A DNA stretch of 60,319 bases, the filler included, from Hausera hauseri (Eukaryota), in assembly GCA_046269625.1 (NCBI GenBank). It is 11 parts of 11 records of this genome, joined end to end, with 100 filler letters (N's around TTAATTAATTAA, not from the genome) between each part and the next. Parts side by side here need not be neighbours in the genome. Positions count along the whole stretch, not along the records: positions 23,416 to 30,349 come from JBJURY010050552.1; positions 30,450 to 34,958 come from JBJURY010548674.1; positions 35,059 to 39,151 come from JBJURY010766652.1; positions 39,252 to 43,460 come from JBJURY010699659.1; 7 more parts are not named here. One strand, written 5' to 3'. Made by a program: the position numbers and the translations under genes. The notes beneath the pieces were generated by a model. The model did no database searches, was not told where the DNA came from, and worked only from the letters and a program-made list of their open reading frames with translations. Of the stretch, positions 28,058 through 40,739 are shown in pieces; positions within the stretch are counted from its first letter, which is position 1, and each line of letters begins with the position of its first letter.

Positions 28058-28764
28058 AATATTTTGGCAATTTTAAGGCTCATCGATTTGAGCCATGCAA
28101 TCGCTGTAGAGTTTGCACAACTAAAAATTAACCAATCATTTTAAGGAGCACAATTAAAAAACTCTGTATTTGTTGAAGTGATTTGGGAAATAATGAAATA
28201 TATTTCCATATCACCATGCACTGCCCCGCTTATTGATCGGTTTTAATGCACTTTTGTTTTAATGCATCAATTAAATTAAATACATGGTGGCACCAACTTC
28301 AAATAGGTTTTCCTACATGGGGATTCAAATGACGTCATTAGATTCTTCGCATAATGAATGCTTGACTGAGTTTTCGAGTTTAAATATCTAAGTATTCGAC
28401 TTGTAAGCTCGAATTCGAATATCTAATGCCATATTCCAGTTCAGCGTACATGATTTCCTATTCCGTCCCGCTTATAGATTTATCGATTTCCGCTTCACTG
28501 GGCTTTAAATGCACATTTTGCTTAATTCGAAATATTGATTTTATATCTATATAGTACATTTTCATGGAATAATTTTTATGTATAAGGGGGTTTTCATATA
28601 TGAGGAATCGATTGCCGCTGTTAGATTTTTCGAATAGTTCGATATTCTAGGTCGAATATATTTGAATTTCGAATATCTGACTCGAGATTCGAGATTGCCA
28701 TATTCGACTTCCTATCTGTCCCCGCTAATTATAATATCGAATTTTGTTCCCTTAGAGCCTAAAA

Positions 28765-29639
28765 ACCTATGCAGGTTCTCCCTCAGTTGCACTTTGGATC
28801 GGTATTATTCGAAAACTAATCGATAAATTTAAATTCTAACTGTACATTCATATACTGCACTATGTTTGTGTTCGAATGTACTCGGTCACATGTCCTAATC
28901 ATCAATATTGGAAATATCGGATAACCAATATTATTGATTTTTGAACACTTGCACATGTGCTACGCACCTGCACAGTATATATCAAAGTGCATCTCGATGT
29001 GCTCTATTTACCTGCACTTGGTCCCGATCGATTCCATCAATCCTACGCTGTGACCAATATGTGAAAAGTGAAAAAGTGCTTTGGCAACCGTATCCAAGAG
29101 CACCTCCACCTTGAGCACTTCCATATCACTAGTGCACCGTATGTACTACTTACCAGTACTTGTCCCAGATCGATATTATCGATTTTTATTTTATAGCGGA
29201 AAGGCCTATGCGGGTTCTCCCTCAGTTTGGAATTATTCGAAAACCAATCAATATATTTAAATCCTAATTGCACATTGGCACAGTGCATCATGTGTGCTAC
29301 CCATTGCCCCCGATGCCGTGCCCTATTCATCAATGTTGGGATTATCGGAAATCCGATATTGATTTTTGCACACATGCGCATGTGCTGCACACCTGCACTG
29401 CACACTAGTCGATGTGCACTATCGATTAGCACTTTGTTCCGATCGATTCGACCAATACTACAATGTGCAGCAATCGATTTGCGAAATGTGCAAAAATGTG
29501 CTTAGCAACGGTGCCTAGTTTCACCGTCGCCTAGCACACTACCAATCGATAGTGCAGTGTGCACTATCAATTGGCACGTGCAAATTGATTTATCGATTAT
29601 CTCCCCATGGGTGAGGGAGAACCCGCATTTTCCCCTACT
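28765..29639. repeat. Polinton subterminal repeats: two diverged ~439-bp tandem units plus a 17-bp inverted copy
   Basis: ATGC(A/G)GGTTCTCCCTCA at 28769 and 29208, with similar downstream sequence in both units. A perfect reverse complement of the 29208 copy lies at 29612-29628. Confidence 0.8.
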
Positions 29640-30349
29640 CAGGACAGTACTAAGCCAACAAATAGGAAATGAAGAACAGGTAATAGAATATGCATCTAGA
29701 ACACTCTCATCTTTTGAGAAAGGCTATTGCGTTGGCATTACAAGAGCTTATGCTGCATTTTAGACAATATCTATATGGTTAGCATTTCGTGGCTATAACA
29801 GATCATAAGTCATTGGCGTATATGAAGACCGCTACAAAACCAATAACACCGCAATTTCAGATGTGGCTTGAAAACTTGACGGATTTTAATTTTACACTAG
29901 AATATAGGAAGGCGAATATTATGGAAATGCAAATGGACTGTCTCGGTTGAATGAATATTTGTGTGCTCAGTGCCAAACAACACATGCTGATCCGAAGCAA
30001 ACAAAGGCATGTGTAAAGCCCATTAATTCCTTATTGGTCAGATAAACTGCGCAATGGATAAAAGATGAACAAGAAAATGTACAAAATTACAATAAGTAAA
30101 ATTTGATTGGATGGCTCAACGGTGGAAAACGTACAAATCTCGAAGGAGATTCTCAATATGACCGATAAATTGGAAATGACTGCCAATTATTCAAAAAAAA
30201 TATGCGGAAAGATTTCATCCAGAAGATACATGCGGATCTATGTCATCTGGGTATAAAGAAGACAAAACGATACATTCAACATCACTTCACAGTTTCCGGT
30301 TTATCAAAAGAAGTAGATGTCATTGTAAAATGTGAAGAATGTTTAGGTC
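29640..30349 (+). pseudogene. pol: Gypsy RNase H to integrase Zn-binding fragment
   Basis: VLSQQIGNEEQVIEYASRTLSSFEKGYC, ITDHKSL, HGNANGLSR-like, IHADLCHLGIKKT..CEEC. Confidence 0.85.
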
Positions 30350-30929
30350 NNNNNNNNNNNNNNNNNNNNNNNNNNNNNNNNNNNNNNNNNNNNTTAATTA
30401 ATTAANNNNNNNNNNNNNNNNNNNNNNNNNNNNNNNNNNNNNNNNNNNNATCTTCATTACCTTCAATAACATTTAACCTTAACACAAAACTTCTACCATC
30501 TTTACTCTTTGCACTGTTAATTTCTCTTGCGTCCTTCACATGCATCCGTCATGGACATCTTCTTTAGATGTACATAACAATCTGCGGGTTTCTTTTAACC
30601 GCTTTAATTCCCCACAGTAACCTCATTCGCACTTCTTTTCACGCTTCTCATTCGCGGGTTTGGGTTAGGTGTTAAGTCTCCCAGTCCCATCTTTAGTGCA
30701 AAGTGCTAACTTTTGAAAAACATTTCTTGGGTCTTTCGGCTTACCCTTATTATACGCCCCCTCACCCAATAAAAAGTATTTATCATTCGTCTCCTCGAAT
30801 GAGAAATATGTTTTCTCCTACTCAGGAAAAAGTAAACCATCTTTTCCTTATATTATTGTCTTTATCTGTTAACCCTTTCTGGATCCTACGCGGAGAATGG
30901 CATGTATTCTTTTCCCTCTATAATAACTG

Positions 30930-32870
30930 TTAAACTTTTTGAACAGTCAGATTTGGATAAATTGACCCAATATCTTTTGCTGGTAGCTCTCCCTTTTCTG
31001 CTTGTTCATATTTCTTTGCTTCCTTATGTTTGGTATGAAGGTCCTTTATTCGCTTCCACCATTTGAATTTCGTATTAAGACCTATGATGATTCCACACGT
31101 TGTAATTGCTGCTACAATAAACATGATACCCATGGCCTTCTTGTTATTTCTGTCATCCACTTCTTCGATTGCTTGGAATTTTTCCAATTCATTTAGCATC
31201 TCGTTATAGTTTATCTTTTCTATTGCCTTTAGATGAGTAGGAGGTTTCCCAAATGTAAACTTCATGTTCTTTACCACTGTTTCCGCTTCTAGGTTCTTCC
31301 ACAGTTGTCCATTAATATCGATGTTGAAAATATCAATCTTCGATGTCTCGACATTCACTCGCGAGTCAAAGGTCTGTGGTTCTGTAATGACCATTTCTTT
31401 CGAATATAGGGAGCATCCTGTTTCTAGGTGAAGTACTTCTAGTTTCTTTGTTAGGTGTACTGCTTCTGTCTCAAGTTTTCCTTCACATTCGCATAACTTC
31501 TGTGCTTTCAATTCTGTTTTAGTGACTATCGCCCATGTGCCTCTGCCAATCTTTGTTGCTTGTGGTATCTGCGTTCTCCTGAGTAATTCTTTCCGACACA
31601 GTTTCTCAGCTCTTTCTCTGTTGCCTTCGTACATGTTTAATATACACGATTCTGCTTGTTTCGTGGTGTACGTTGGTTGTGCAATTTCACAATATTCAGT
31701 GATTTCCTTGCGGCAGTTGTTGAATTCTTCCTGTTGTAGAATCGCATACATGGTGCCTGCTTTATTAATTAGTAGTGCTTTCCCTTCTGGAACATTTCTA
31801 ACATAGTAATTAGTCCACCACTCGTTCTGCTTCTCTTTTCCTTCGTCCTTTACTCTTCCAATACTGGTGACTTCGTATAATTCGTATTCTTCGTTGGTGT
31901 CAACTAATGGTATGTTCATCGTCATGATAATCTGACCTCTATTCACATAGGTTTCTGTTTCTAACTGCTCATAATAGTCAATCAGATGTTCGTCTATGTT
32001 AATCGGCATTCTAAGATTTGGTGGGATGTTTCTTTGAATACATTCTAAAATGGTTTTTAGTTCTATCGGGCTCATTACGTTGATGTTTAATCTCTTAAGA
32101 GTTGTGAGGCTTATGATGTCTTCGATGTTGTTTGCAATCCTTTCTGTTCTTCTTACTAACTCCTTACTTCTGTCTTCGACGGACATCAGCATCCCCAGCG
32201 TGTTTATCATAACTTCGAGTGTTTTAGTTATGTTTATTTACCTCCATTTCTTGCATATAATTTTCGATTCTAGTTATGTGGTTTGCGTGTTCGTTGATCT
32301 TTCTTCTGTTTTCGCCGATTTGTCTGTTCGATATGTTGATCGCCGATATACTATGCTCTACCACATGTTTCATAATTTCAACGTTACCGTTGATTATGTG
32401 GACGCTTTGCTTTATGTTTCATACTTCATCTTCTTTTGCTGTTCCAAATAGGGTGTCTAGGATATCCCATATAAATGGTAATATTGCTGGCTTCTCTTTT
32501 CTCCTACTGATTCAATTTAATCTCTCTTTTATACTTCGTATTTCGTCTTGCCACTGTCTTACTTCTATCTCTAACTCTAGCATCATACTCTGGAAATGTG
32601 TAGCATTTGTCGTCTTTTGATTTCTGTTGCTCGCGTATACCCTTGTGTGTAGCAGTCTTCTAGCTCTTCCTAATTTTTCTTCTACATCTATTATTTGTCT
32701 TTGGAAATTCGTCAGTGATTGCGTGATCACTAGTTTCCAGTGGGCTTTCACTTGGTGGATTTCTTTAACTTTTACAAATACTGTACCTTCATTGTGGAAA
32801 TTTCTTCCCTAGCCGGCGTCGAAATGACGAATATCCAGCTCGTAATGACTACTATCGACCGATAAGTGTT
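30930..32870 (-). pseudogene. env: Class I fusion (baculovirus F / errantivirus Env-like) envelope
   Basis: VFVKVKEI..AHWKLVI, decayed furin site RRKEK(P) followed by fusion peptide AILPFIWDILDTLFGTA, heptads, MSPIELKTIL..IQRNIP, IPLV..YELYEV, Cys-rich region, C-terminal TM and YPNL tail. Confidence 0.82.
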
Positions 32871-32998
32871 GATCGTTATCAGTATATAGTTCTCGTTACT
32901 ACTATGCTAACTTCCACATTGTTTGCAGTAACAATTTCATGATACTCTCATCCTTCGCTTCTGCTTTGTCTACTGCTGCCACTTTCTCGGGTTGACTG

Positions 32999-33628
32999 TT
33001 ACCCTGTGTGGTTTTTTGGTTCCTCAACTTCCGTCATTACTCTTGGCCTACTTTTGCCATGTGCTCCGGCTTCAGCGACCTTCTTTTCTTTTAATTTCTC
33101 TGTTTGATTTGCCCGGTTTTTCTCTTTTAACTGTCTTCTTAGCTCATTTATTATTGCGATTTGTTTCATATTTTCTACTTCCAAACTTTTGGTCTGTAGT
33201 TCTAATTCTCGTAACTCTTTTTCCTTTCTTTTCATGTTTGATTGCATGGCTTCACTTATCGGAATTCTTGACTTTTTCTCATCAACCGCTGCTATTCTCC
33301 TCGCATATTTTCTTCTAAGTGCTGCCTGCCTTGTGACTTTTGGTCTGGGTTCATCTTCTGTGGATGTATCTGAATCTCGGATTCTCTTTAATCTTCTGAC
33401 CATTTGTTCCATTTCTGACGTTTCTGTCTCTGTATCTTCCACTAAGGTATATGAACTACTATCTTCAGTTTCATTATCATCCTTCTTTTCGCCTTGCGTT
33501 TCTTCATCGTCTCCTTCGTCTTCTTGAGCTTCTCTCCTTTCTAGATCTTCTAGTCTTCTTTTTCTTTTTAACATTGGCAGACCGCTGTCTTCTGACGAAC
33601 TGCTTTGCATTGTTCTTCTCCTTTTCAA
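32999..33628 (-). CDS. Charged low-complexity ORF between integrase and env
   Basis: 209-aa acidic/basic coiled-coil ORF. Probably the extended pol C-terminus. Confidence 0.45.
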   Translation of the reverse strand: MKRRRTMQSSSSEDSGLPMLKRKRRLEDLERREAQEDEGDDEETQGEKKDDNETEDSSSYTLVEDTETETSEMEQMVRRLKRIRDSDTSTEDEPRPKVTRQAALRRKYARRIAAVDEKKSRIPISEAMQSNMKRKEKELRELELQTKSLEVENMKQIAIINELRRQLKEKNRANQTEKLKEKKVAEAGAHGKSRPRVMTEVEEPKNHTG

Positions 33629-33804
33629 CTGCTGTGCTCTCGCTTCTTCAAATCTTCTCGCTGCTGCTCTTGTGTTTGGTATGGGGCAGTCGAATCAGTT
33701 TCTTTTTCTGTTCTCGGTTCCTTTCTCGTTGGGTAGGGTACGACTATCTCATACCTTGTGTCACTTTTATCTTCTTCCGACATTTCATCGCTACTTTGGC
33801 TCTC

Positions 33805-34830
33805 TTAAGTTGAAGTTTCAGACCTACTTTCTTCTTTTGTCGGTACTACGTATCTCGACTTGCGAATGTTGCCTCTGTTTTCTAGTTTGGGTTCTTCTGG
33901 GAATTTTCGGTCATCCTTTCTCAATTGACTTGTAGTGGTCGTTACTTCTTGTCCTGTCTGTTGGTTGATCACTACATATGTTATTGGTCCTCTTTCTTCT
34001 ATTATTTTATATCCAGGAAGCCAATTGCTTTCCAGCTTCGAACTTTTCTTATTCTTTCGGTAGTAGACTTTGTCTCCGACTTCGAATTCTTGTTGCACTG
34101 TTTTTGGATCGCTATACTTTTTCCGTTTCTGAAATGCTTCTCTTAGATATTCTTACATTGACTGTGATTTCGGGTTGTTTTTGTAGTAGGTATTGGTGGA
34201 ATTCTTCCCCTTGGTATTTGAGCCTTGGTTTTAATAAGTTATCTGTAGGAAGGATTGGCTCTCTACCGAACCGCATTTCGTACGGTGAATATTTTCTGCT
34301 GCCGTTTTCCATTACTCTCACCACCATTGCTGCTTGACTTAAATACAAATCCCATTCTTTTGGTTGATCTTGTGTGTACTTGGCTAGTACGTCGTATAAG
34401 GTGGAATGTTGTCTTTCATTTATTCCATTGGCTCCGGGGTTATAGACAGATGTTCTCACATGTTTGATGTTCATTTCTTTCAATGTATCTTTCATTGCGT
34501 TATTCACAAACTCGCGATCATTGTCGGTGACAATTATTCTCGGGCATCCGTGTCGTGGTATGAATTTTTCCAACAGGATGTCTCTGGTTTTCTGCTGTCT
34601 TATCTGATACAGTGTATAGTTCTGGCCATACACTATATATATTTACGATATGTAGAATATGTTTGTTTCGCAACGCTGTCAACGGGTGTGCTCCAGAAAG
34701 ATCTAAGCTAACTTTTTCCATTGGGAACCTCGCGTAGTCTGGTTCTTGGATCGGGTGTTTCAATATTTCCATGTTCCATAATTTGCAGATCTCACAGTTC
34801 TGGACATAATTTCCAATCTCTTGTAATCGA
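33805..34830 (-). pseudogene. pol: Gypsy integrase, frameshifted
   Basis: DDE core and C-terminal GDKVY..KL...W..GY.I motif. Confidence 0.9.
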
Positions 34831-34837
34831 TGCGCAT

Positions 34838-34958
34838 GGGCATTCACAGCCCGCTCAAGTCGAAGAACAGTCAAAGAGGCCAGCGGCGCCTTCGCCGTGA
34901 CTACCAGCAGCCTAACTATGGAGGTGATGGCAGTGACGAAAGCCCTCCAGTGGCTTGA
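34838..34958 (+). mobile_element. Non-LTR retrotransposon RNase H fragment
   Basis: FTARSSRRTVKEASGAFAVTTSSLTMEVMAVTKALQWL, with an abrupt GC rise at the junction with the integrase. Confidence 0.6.
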
Positions 34959-36353
34959 NNNNNNNNNNNNNNNNNNNNNNNNNNNNNNNNNNNNNNNNNN
35001 NNTTAATTAATTAANNNNNNNNNNNNNNNNNNNNNNNNNNNNNNNNNNNNNNNNNNNNTTACGTTTTTGGATTGATATCCATCTGTTAACTTTGAAAAAA
35101 ATCCCCGAACTTAACTGGTTGTGGTTTTCCAGTTGTCGATTAGTCAATTACCATTTTCTGCTAATGTTTTATAAGCTGTTTTCACATTTTTTTATTGAAT
35201 GCATTGAAGAATCATTAAACATAGCTTGTAGTAGATGTTTCGTTAGAATTTTAACCCTTTCCTATCGAAAAAGGGAGAGAGATAATAACAAAATACATTA
35301 CAATTATTCCATGTAGTCACTTTCACAATTATAAAGAGACATTCTGTCAAACAAAGAATTATATATCATAGGAATCCTGCGTCTTATCGATAGTGTTAAA
35401 TGGCTTGCAATGAACTGCATCCCTCAGTAAACCCCATAGTACTAAATTGTAAGAGTTAATATCAATGAAAAGTTGTGCTCAGCTTTGAGGAAAATGCAAT
35501 TCAATGATTTTTGTCTTTTGGTACACTTGTAATTTGAAGAGATATTTCAATATATAGATTTCTCTTCTGCATCAGTGGAAGCTTCAGGTAGGCATGACCT
35601 CTACCCATAGACAGATCGTATAGAGAACCAATTACTTGAATTTATCCACAAACCTTTTTTCTCTTGACATATAATAGGTTTATTGCAAAGTCTCGGATGC
35701 AAATAGTACATATTTCTGAAGATATATGACACTATTGCGTTTCTGCCTTATATGTAATTCGGCCGAAGAATTAATGAAATTTTAACCAATATATGCTGCG
35801 GGATATACGATTTTCTACACATCGTGAAACCTTTTTGTGTGTTGTACATGAAAAAAGGCCAAAAAAAGAAACCAAACGATGGAAAATAATTGAGAAAGTT
35901 TCTTTTGGTTGTTTCAGGCAAAATATTCGCTGTAAGAAATCCTACAAACCGTGTTTGTCCTTTGGTATTTTTGTTGTGCGCGCTTATGGGACATGCTATA
36001 CAAAAGCGTTTCTAAAAGGATAGGGCATAGGGGGTAGGTAATTAAGATTGCCCTCCCTCGGGACCCTGAAGGAAAAATAATGAACCTTTAACAGATAAAC
36101 CGATTTATTATCGGATACTCTAACCCCATACTTCCAATCAGCTCCTTCTACGAGTTCAACGAAAAAAAGTTTGCTGTAGTCTTCCGTACCCTTTTCCTAT
36201 TCTCCCTATAGGGAAATTCTTAAGATTCCATCGAATTTCTTACATTTTGACTCTATTTTTCATATTTAAGGTTATAATCCTGCTGGTTTTGATAGCCGTG
36301 CCAAACCATTTGATATTGCAACTATTAATCATACAGACCAACCAAAAATTAAA

Positions 36354-38861
36354 ATGTTAGATGATGCTTCTGCCGGAAATATGGGTCCGCCAATATCCAA
36401 GAAACGACGCGGTCGGCAGCCGAATCCAAATAATATCGTCAACGGAACAGGTATGAGTTAATTTAAATTTCCACGTAACAACGTAAATTGCCGTATTCAA
36501 TCTGGTAATACCGAAATCGTTTTAGATTCGGACAACAGTTTGTATGGTGTTATTCGATATGGCAAAGTGCCCATTCAGACAGTTGTTGATGACTGGATTG
36601 AACAATACAATCAGGATCGAGAGAGCGGCATTCTCGATTTGATGCAGTTTTTCATTTCCAGCTGCGGATGTAAAGGAAAAATCACATCTGATATATTCGC
36701 CCAAATGTCACAGGCTATTGTGATCAGGAAACTGACAGAGGAATTCGACGAGGACAATGGTGAATATCCGCTGATACAGTCGACCCCACAGGCCAAGCGA
36801 TTCAAGTCGAATTTCGTCGAGTTCATTCAAGTCCTTATACGCCAATGCCAGTACAGTATCATTTACGACCAGTACATGATCGATCAAGTAACGTCTCTGC
36901 TCACCGTTCTCACGGATTCCCAAGTCAGGGCGTTCCGACATACTGGAACATTGGCGTCAATGAAACTCATGACTGCTTTGGTCGATGTAGCTCTCAACAT
37001 AAGTATTAATCGGGACAATAATCAACGGCAATTGGAAGCGGAACGAAACCGAACTCAGCAAAGTCGATCGAAATCTGAAAGACTCCAGATTCTTTCTCGT
37101 CGACATCAGGAACTGGACGAGAACATGACGGAAGTTAAGAACATGCTAACATTCCTCGTTAAGGGGGTGTTCGTTCATCGGTATCGTGACAGTCAGGCGG
37201 AAATTCGCTGTATCTGTATGCAGGAAATCGGTGTTTGGATGCATCGGTTTCCGGAGATTTTCCTGGACGACAGTTATTTGAAATACGTCGGTTGGACGCT
37301 TTACGATCGAGTTGGCAGTGTTCGAGCACAATGTCTGAAAACTCTACAGCCATTGTACGAAGAACAGAGTCGTGTTGCGAAACTGGAGCTGTTCACGAAT
37401 CGTTTCAAGTCACGACTCGTCGACATGACTCTGGACAAAGAGCCGGAAGTTGCGGTGCTCGCGGTGAAAGTCGTCTCATGTATTCTGAAACACAACGAAT
37501 CATATCTGGAAGATAAGGACTGTGAAAACATATACGAATTGGTCTATTGCACGAATCGTAATCTGGCCCAGGCCGCGGGAGAATTCCTCAATCAAAAGCT
37601 GTTTCAAATTGATTCGAACGCGCCAATTACAAAATCCCGAAAGGGAAAGAAACGCAGTGAAAATACTCCACTGATTCGAGATTTAGTTCAATTTTTCATT
37701 GAATCCGAACTGCATGAACATGCCGGATATCTTGTGGATAGTTTGTGGGACGTCAGTCCTATGATAAAGGACTGGGAATGTATGATAGATTTGCTGCTGG
37801 AAGAACCTGGTAAAGGTGAACAGGCGCTGAATTCCACTCAAGAAAGCAGTTTAATTGAAATATTGTATTGGTGTATTCGACAAGCATCGACCGGTGACAG
37901 TCCGGTTGGCCGACAAAATACCACACACCATCATCAGACAATCCCGATGCCTAATGTTCCTGGCTCCAATGTCAAATCGAGCCGTGTTCTGTCAGCAAAA
38001 GAATTGAAGGCCATTGCCGATGATCGGAATAAATTAACGGAAATCTTAATTCCATCTTTACCGTCTCTTATAAGTAAATACGGTGAGGACATTACGAAAA
38101 TGACGAACATCGTTCAATTGCCGTTATTTATGAATCTGGATCTTTACACTAGCGGTAGACAGGAACGGTATTTGGATTTGTTATTGAAATATCTTCAAGA
38201 CCTCGTTGAACGGCATACCGATCAGGATTTACTATTGTATATATCTCAGGTGTTTAGTTCATTATGTGCTGACGAATTGGCTATATCAACAAAATGCCAA
38301 ACTGCCCTCGGGACTCTATTGGATCGACTTGTCGAATCTTATAAAAGATATTTCAATCAATATTACAGCTCACAAACCGACGAACCGAATCCGGATGATG
38401 CGTACTTGTTTAATTCGTCCATTAAACGGTTACGAGCATTCTATGCATGCCACGACTTACGATCCCTTGATATTTGGGAGAGCCTTATTCGTGTTAGCCA
38501 AAGTGCCCAAAACCAAGCAGTCTTCCACGAAGAAATCGTATCAAATGCGATCGTAACGTGTTTTTCCGCTCTTCTGTGGCAACTGGCATTTGAAGAACCG
38601 CAAAATCTCAGTCAAAAGGAAATCTCAACAATTTCGGCCAACATTCAAAAGTACGTGTCGTTGTGTCAGTCGTATTTGGATCACCATTCCAATTTGATTG
38701 CGGAAGAGAGTTTCAAAGGGATTTGTGATCTGCTGATCATTACGGCTAGGTCTATTGTTGACGAACAGCCAGAGTTGGAAGCGTTTATATTTTCTCCAGA
38801 TCTAGATCTACGGAATGCACTTATCCATTTCTTGGAACAGAGGGTGTTTATTGAGGATGAT
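36354..38861 (+). CDS. STAG1: Cohesin subunit SA/STAG (STAG1/2 family), partial; exons ~36354-36450 and 36526-38861
   Basis: VVDDWIEQY, FFISSCGCKG, EEFDED.GEYPL, LTDSQVRAFRHTGTLASMKLMTALV, GVFVHRYRD..EIRCICMQEIGVW, FFIESELHEHAGYLVDSLW. A 75-nt GT-AG intron (36451-36525) keeps the frame, and there is a GTAAGT donor at 38862. The first exon may start further upstream (~36271). STAG1 versus STAG2 cannot be resolved. Confidence 0.95.
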
Positions 38862-39459
38862 GTAAGTGTCAGTTTTTTATTTGAGTCATACGTAAAATTC
38901 CCTGATTGGCTATTATTGACAATATTATACACTCATTAAAGTTGCCTTTCTTATTAACATTAAATTATATGTTTATAGAAAATAACCACTGTCCCTCCCA
39001 ACGAACATGTTTTGCCTTTTATTTTATTCTCTTTTGAATTAGTATAATTGTAAAAATTAATGTCATAAACTAAAATAATGTCATAATTTATCCAACATTC
39101 GAATATTTCGATCATATTAAGATATTCGCCGGAGAGTTGACATTTAAACATNNNNNNNNNNNNNNNNNNNNNNNNNNNNNNNNNNNNNNNNNNNNTTAAT
39201 TAATTAANNNNNNNNNNNNNNNNNNNNNNNNNNNNNNNNNNNNNNNNNNNNAAAGAAATTGAATTTGCAGCAATTAAAATTGTCACCAGCGACTGCGGCA
39301 GCAGCTGCGTCGGTAACGCAGAAAAATCACAAAGGGAAAAAGTACTTAACGTTCCATTCCAAAATTCTAACCGATCAGTCATTGTGTCATTCGTCGGTTA
39401 TTTCCGATAATCAATTTAAAAAGCTCTCTTTCAATTCCAAATGTGTCTTAAGGCGGAAC

Positions 39460-40050
39460 GATCTCGCCGATAATTGAATTTGTTCGCTCTATAAACGAAG
39501 CGATGATTTGTCGGAAAACGGTACTGATCGTTTGTTTTGTTTTGACACGAACAGATGGCTCCATGTTAATTGAGCATTGTGGTGTAACAGTGTTTTTGAA
39601 AGGCAGTGCGGTACATTCAATAACGCTCCCGAATCATTTGAGTGCGCCGCAAAAAACATTTGTTCGTCGTGTGGCAAATCCCGTGAGGGTATAGTATGAT
39701 TTTATTCTCGATATACGTCGACATTCCATGTGCTTTGTCCCCTGGAGAAAAATTGCGTTTATTATACTGATAGAACTGTGTATTGTCCGGCACATTTATG
39801 TAAAGGTCACGGTTCGCCATCGAATTCGCTTACCGTTGATTACCGAGTGTATATCTCACGAGATGAATCTCAACAAGTCGCCTTAGTTATAAATGGCGAT
39901 GATCGTAGTTTTAATTTACGAATTGAATCACTTATTCTGTAGTTTATTGGCCAGCTGCTGCCACAACAGATTCATTCGGGTAATTACCATAATCTCAATT
40001 ACGTCTATTCCGTTGGTTATAAGTTCCAAAGAATCTATTGGTCATCTAGA
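39460..40050 (+). pseudogene. KMT2C: KMT2C/KMT2D (MLL3/4, Trr) ePHD plus FYRN fragment, intronless, with in-frame stops
   Basis: One frame reads GTDRLFCFDTNRWLHVN*ALWCNSVFE..CSSCGK..FHVLC..NCVYYTDRTVYCPAH..RVYISRDESQQVA..LRIESLIL*FIGQLLPQQ..VYSVGYKFQRIYWSSR. Confidence 0.9.
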
Positions 40051-40071
40051 TTAATCAAGCTTGGCATTAAC

Positions 40072-40524
40072 ATGGCTTGTGGGTTGTGCAGGGAGGTTAA
40101 AAATAATTTCCAGAAATTACGGAAAGTTAAAATTCCAGATTATCCATTTTTCCCTTGTATTGGTACCGATCCACGTCTGTTTAGGTTTTCCTATTCTGCA
40201 GTAATGGACCACAAAATTACTTCTGACGGGGACAAATATATACTTTACTTGAATCGTATTCAACCTTGTATTTTTATGAATGGTAAAGTCCGTACCGTTA
40301 AATTTCATTCTAAAAATCTTCACTTAAAATTTGGTGAAATAGTAATTCAGACACCATTAACCAGATTTTGCCTTATTAATTTCAACAACAAACCGTTTCA
40401 AATCAGTCTAGTTAGACCGGGACATATGTTCATAAACAATGAAATCATTTCAATTTGGTTTATCTTAAAAGCTAAGTTATTTGTCCAAATAATGCCCCAA
40501 ATTCCTTCACATATATATATATAA
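40072..40524 (+). pseudogene. Unknown host-like segment, possibly an invertebrate PCF11 beta-repeat region
   Basis: DPRLFRF..HKITSDGDKYILYLN..IFMNGKVRTVKF loosely resembles invertebrate Pcf11. It is in frame with the KMT2C/D fragment. Confidence 0.3.
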
Positions 40525-40739
40525 ATGGACAGCTGTTGAAAGAATTGAGTCTCTGAACTATCTGAAATTACACCCATTGACCCCTATGCGCTCATTTCAA
40601 TTGTTTCACAATCGAATATTACCGCTACAAAACGTGCAACACCATTTAAACAAGTGGACGTATTTACCGAATGTAAGCTATACCAAGTCAATAAAAACGG
40701 AATGCAAAGTTAACATTCCGATACTACGCGACTTGAGGG

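Larger units (their letters stand above)
23416..29639 (-). mobile_element. Polinton/Maverick (adintovirus-like) element, decayed, one terminus at 29639
   Basis: Contains pPolB, small accessory ORFs and a repeat-rich subterminal region. It ends 5'-AGTAG on the minus strand exactly where a Gypsy RNase H begins. Confidence 0.75.
30450..34830 (-). mobile_element. Env-carrying Gypsy (errantivirus-like) 3' half: integrase, charged ORF, F-type env, PPT, LTR
   Basis: Integrase (KVSLDLSG, RHGCPRIIVTDNDREF, TSVYNPGANGINERQH, SPYEMRFGREP) and GPY/SH3-like C-terminus, then env. Purine tract GGGTGAGGGGGCG at 30767-30755. Confidence 0.88.

Noticed and set aside
28200-29630. Repeat block as a CRISPR-like array
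   Set aside because: Units are long and diverged without a repeat-spacer structure, and the context is a eukaryotic Polinton.
12110-38861. Apparent cluster of chromosome-segregation genes (ZW10, STAG, FBXO38)
   Set aside because: They lie on different contigs, so co-occurrence is an artefact of concatenation.
39478-39945. TGA at two conserved Cys positions in the KMT2C/D fragment, suggesting a TGA=Cys/Sec code
   Set aside because: Other conserved Cys have become Tyr, TAG stops also occur, and SZT2 and STAG read cleanly in the standard code. This is ordinary decay.
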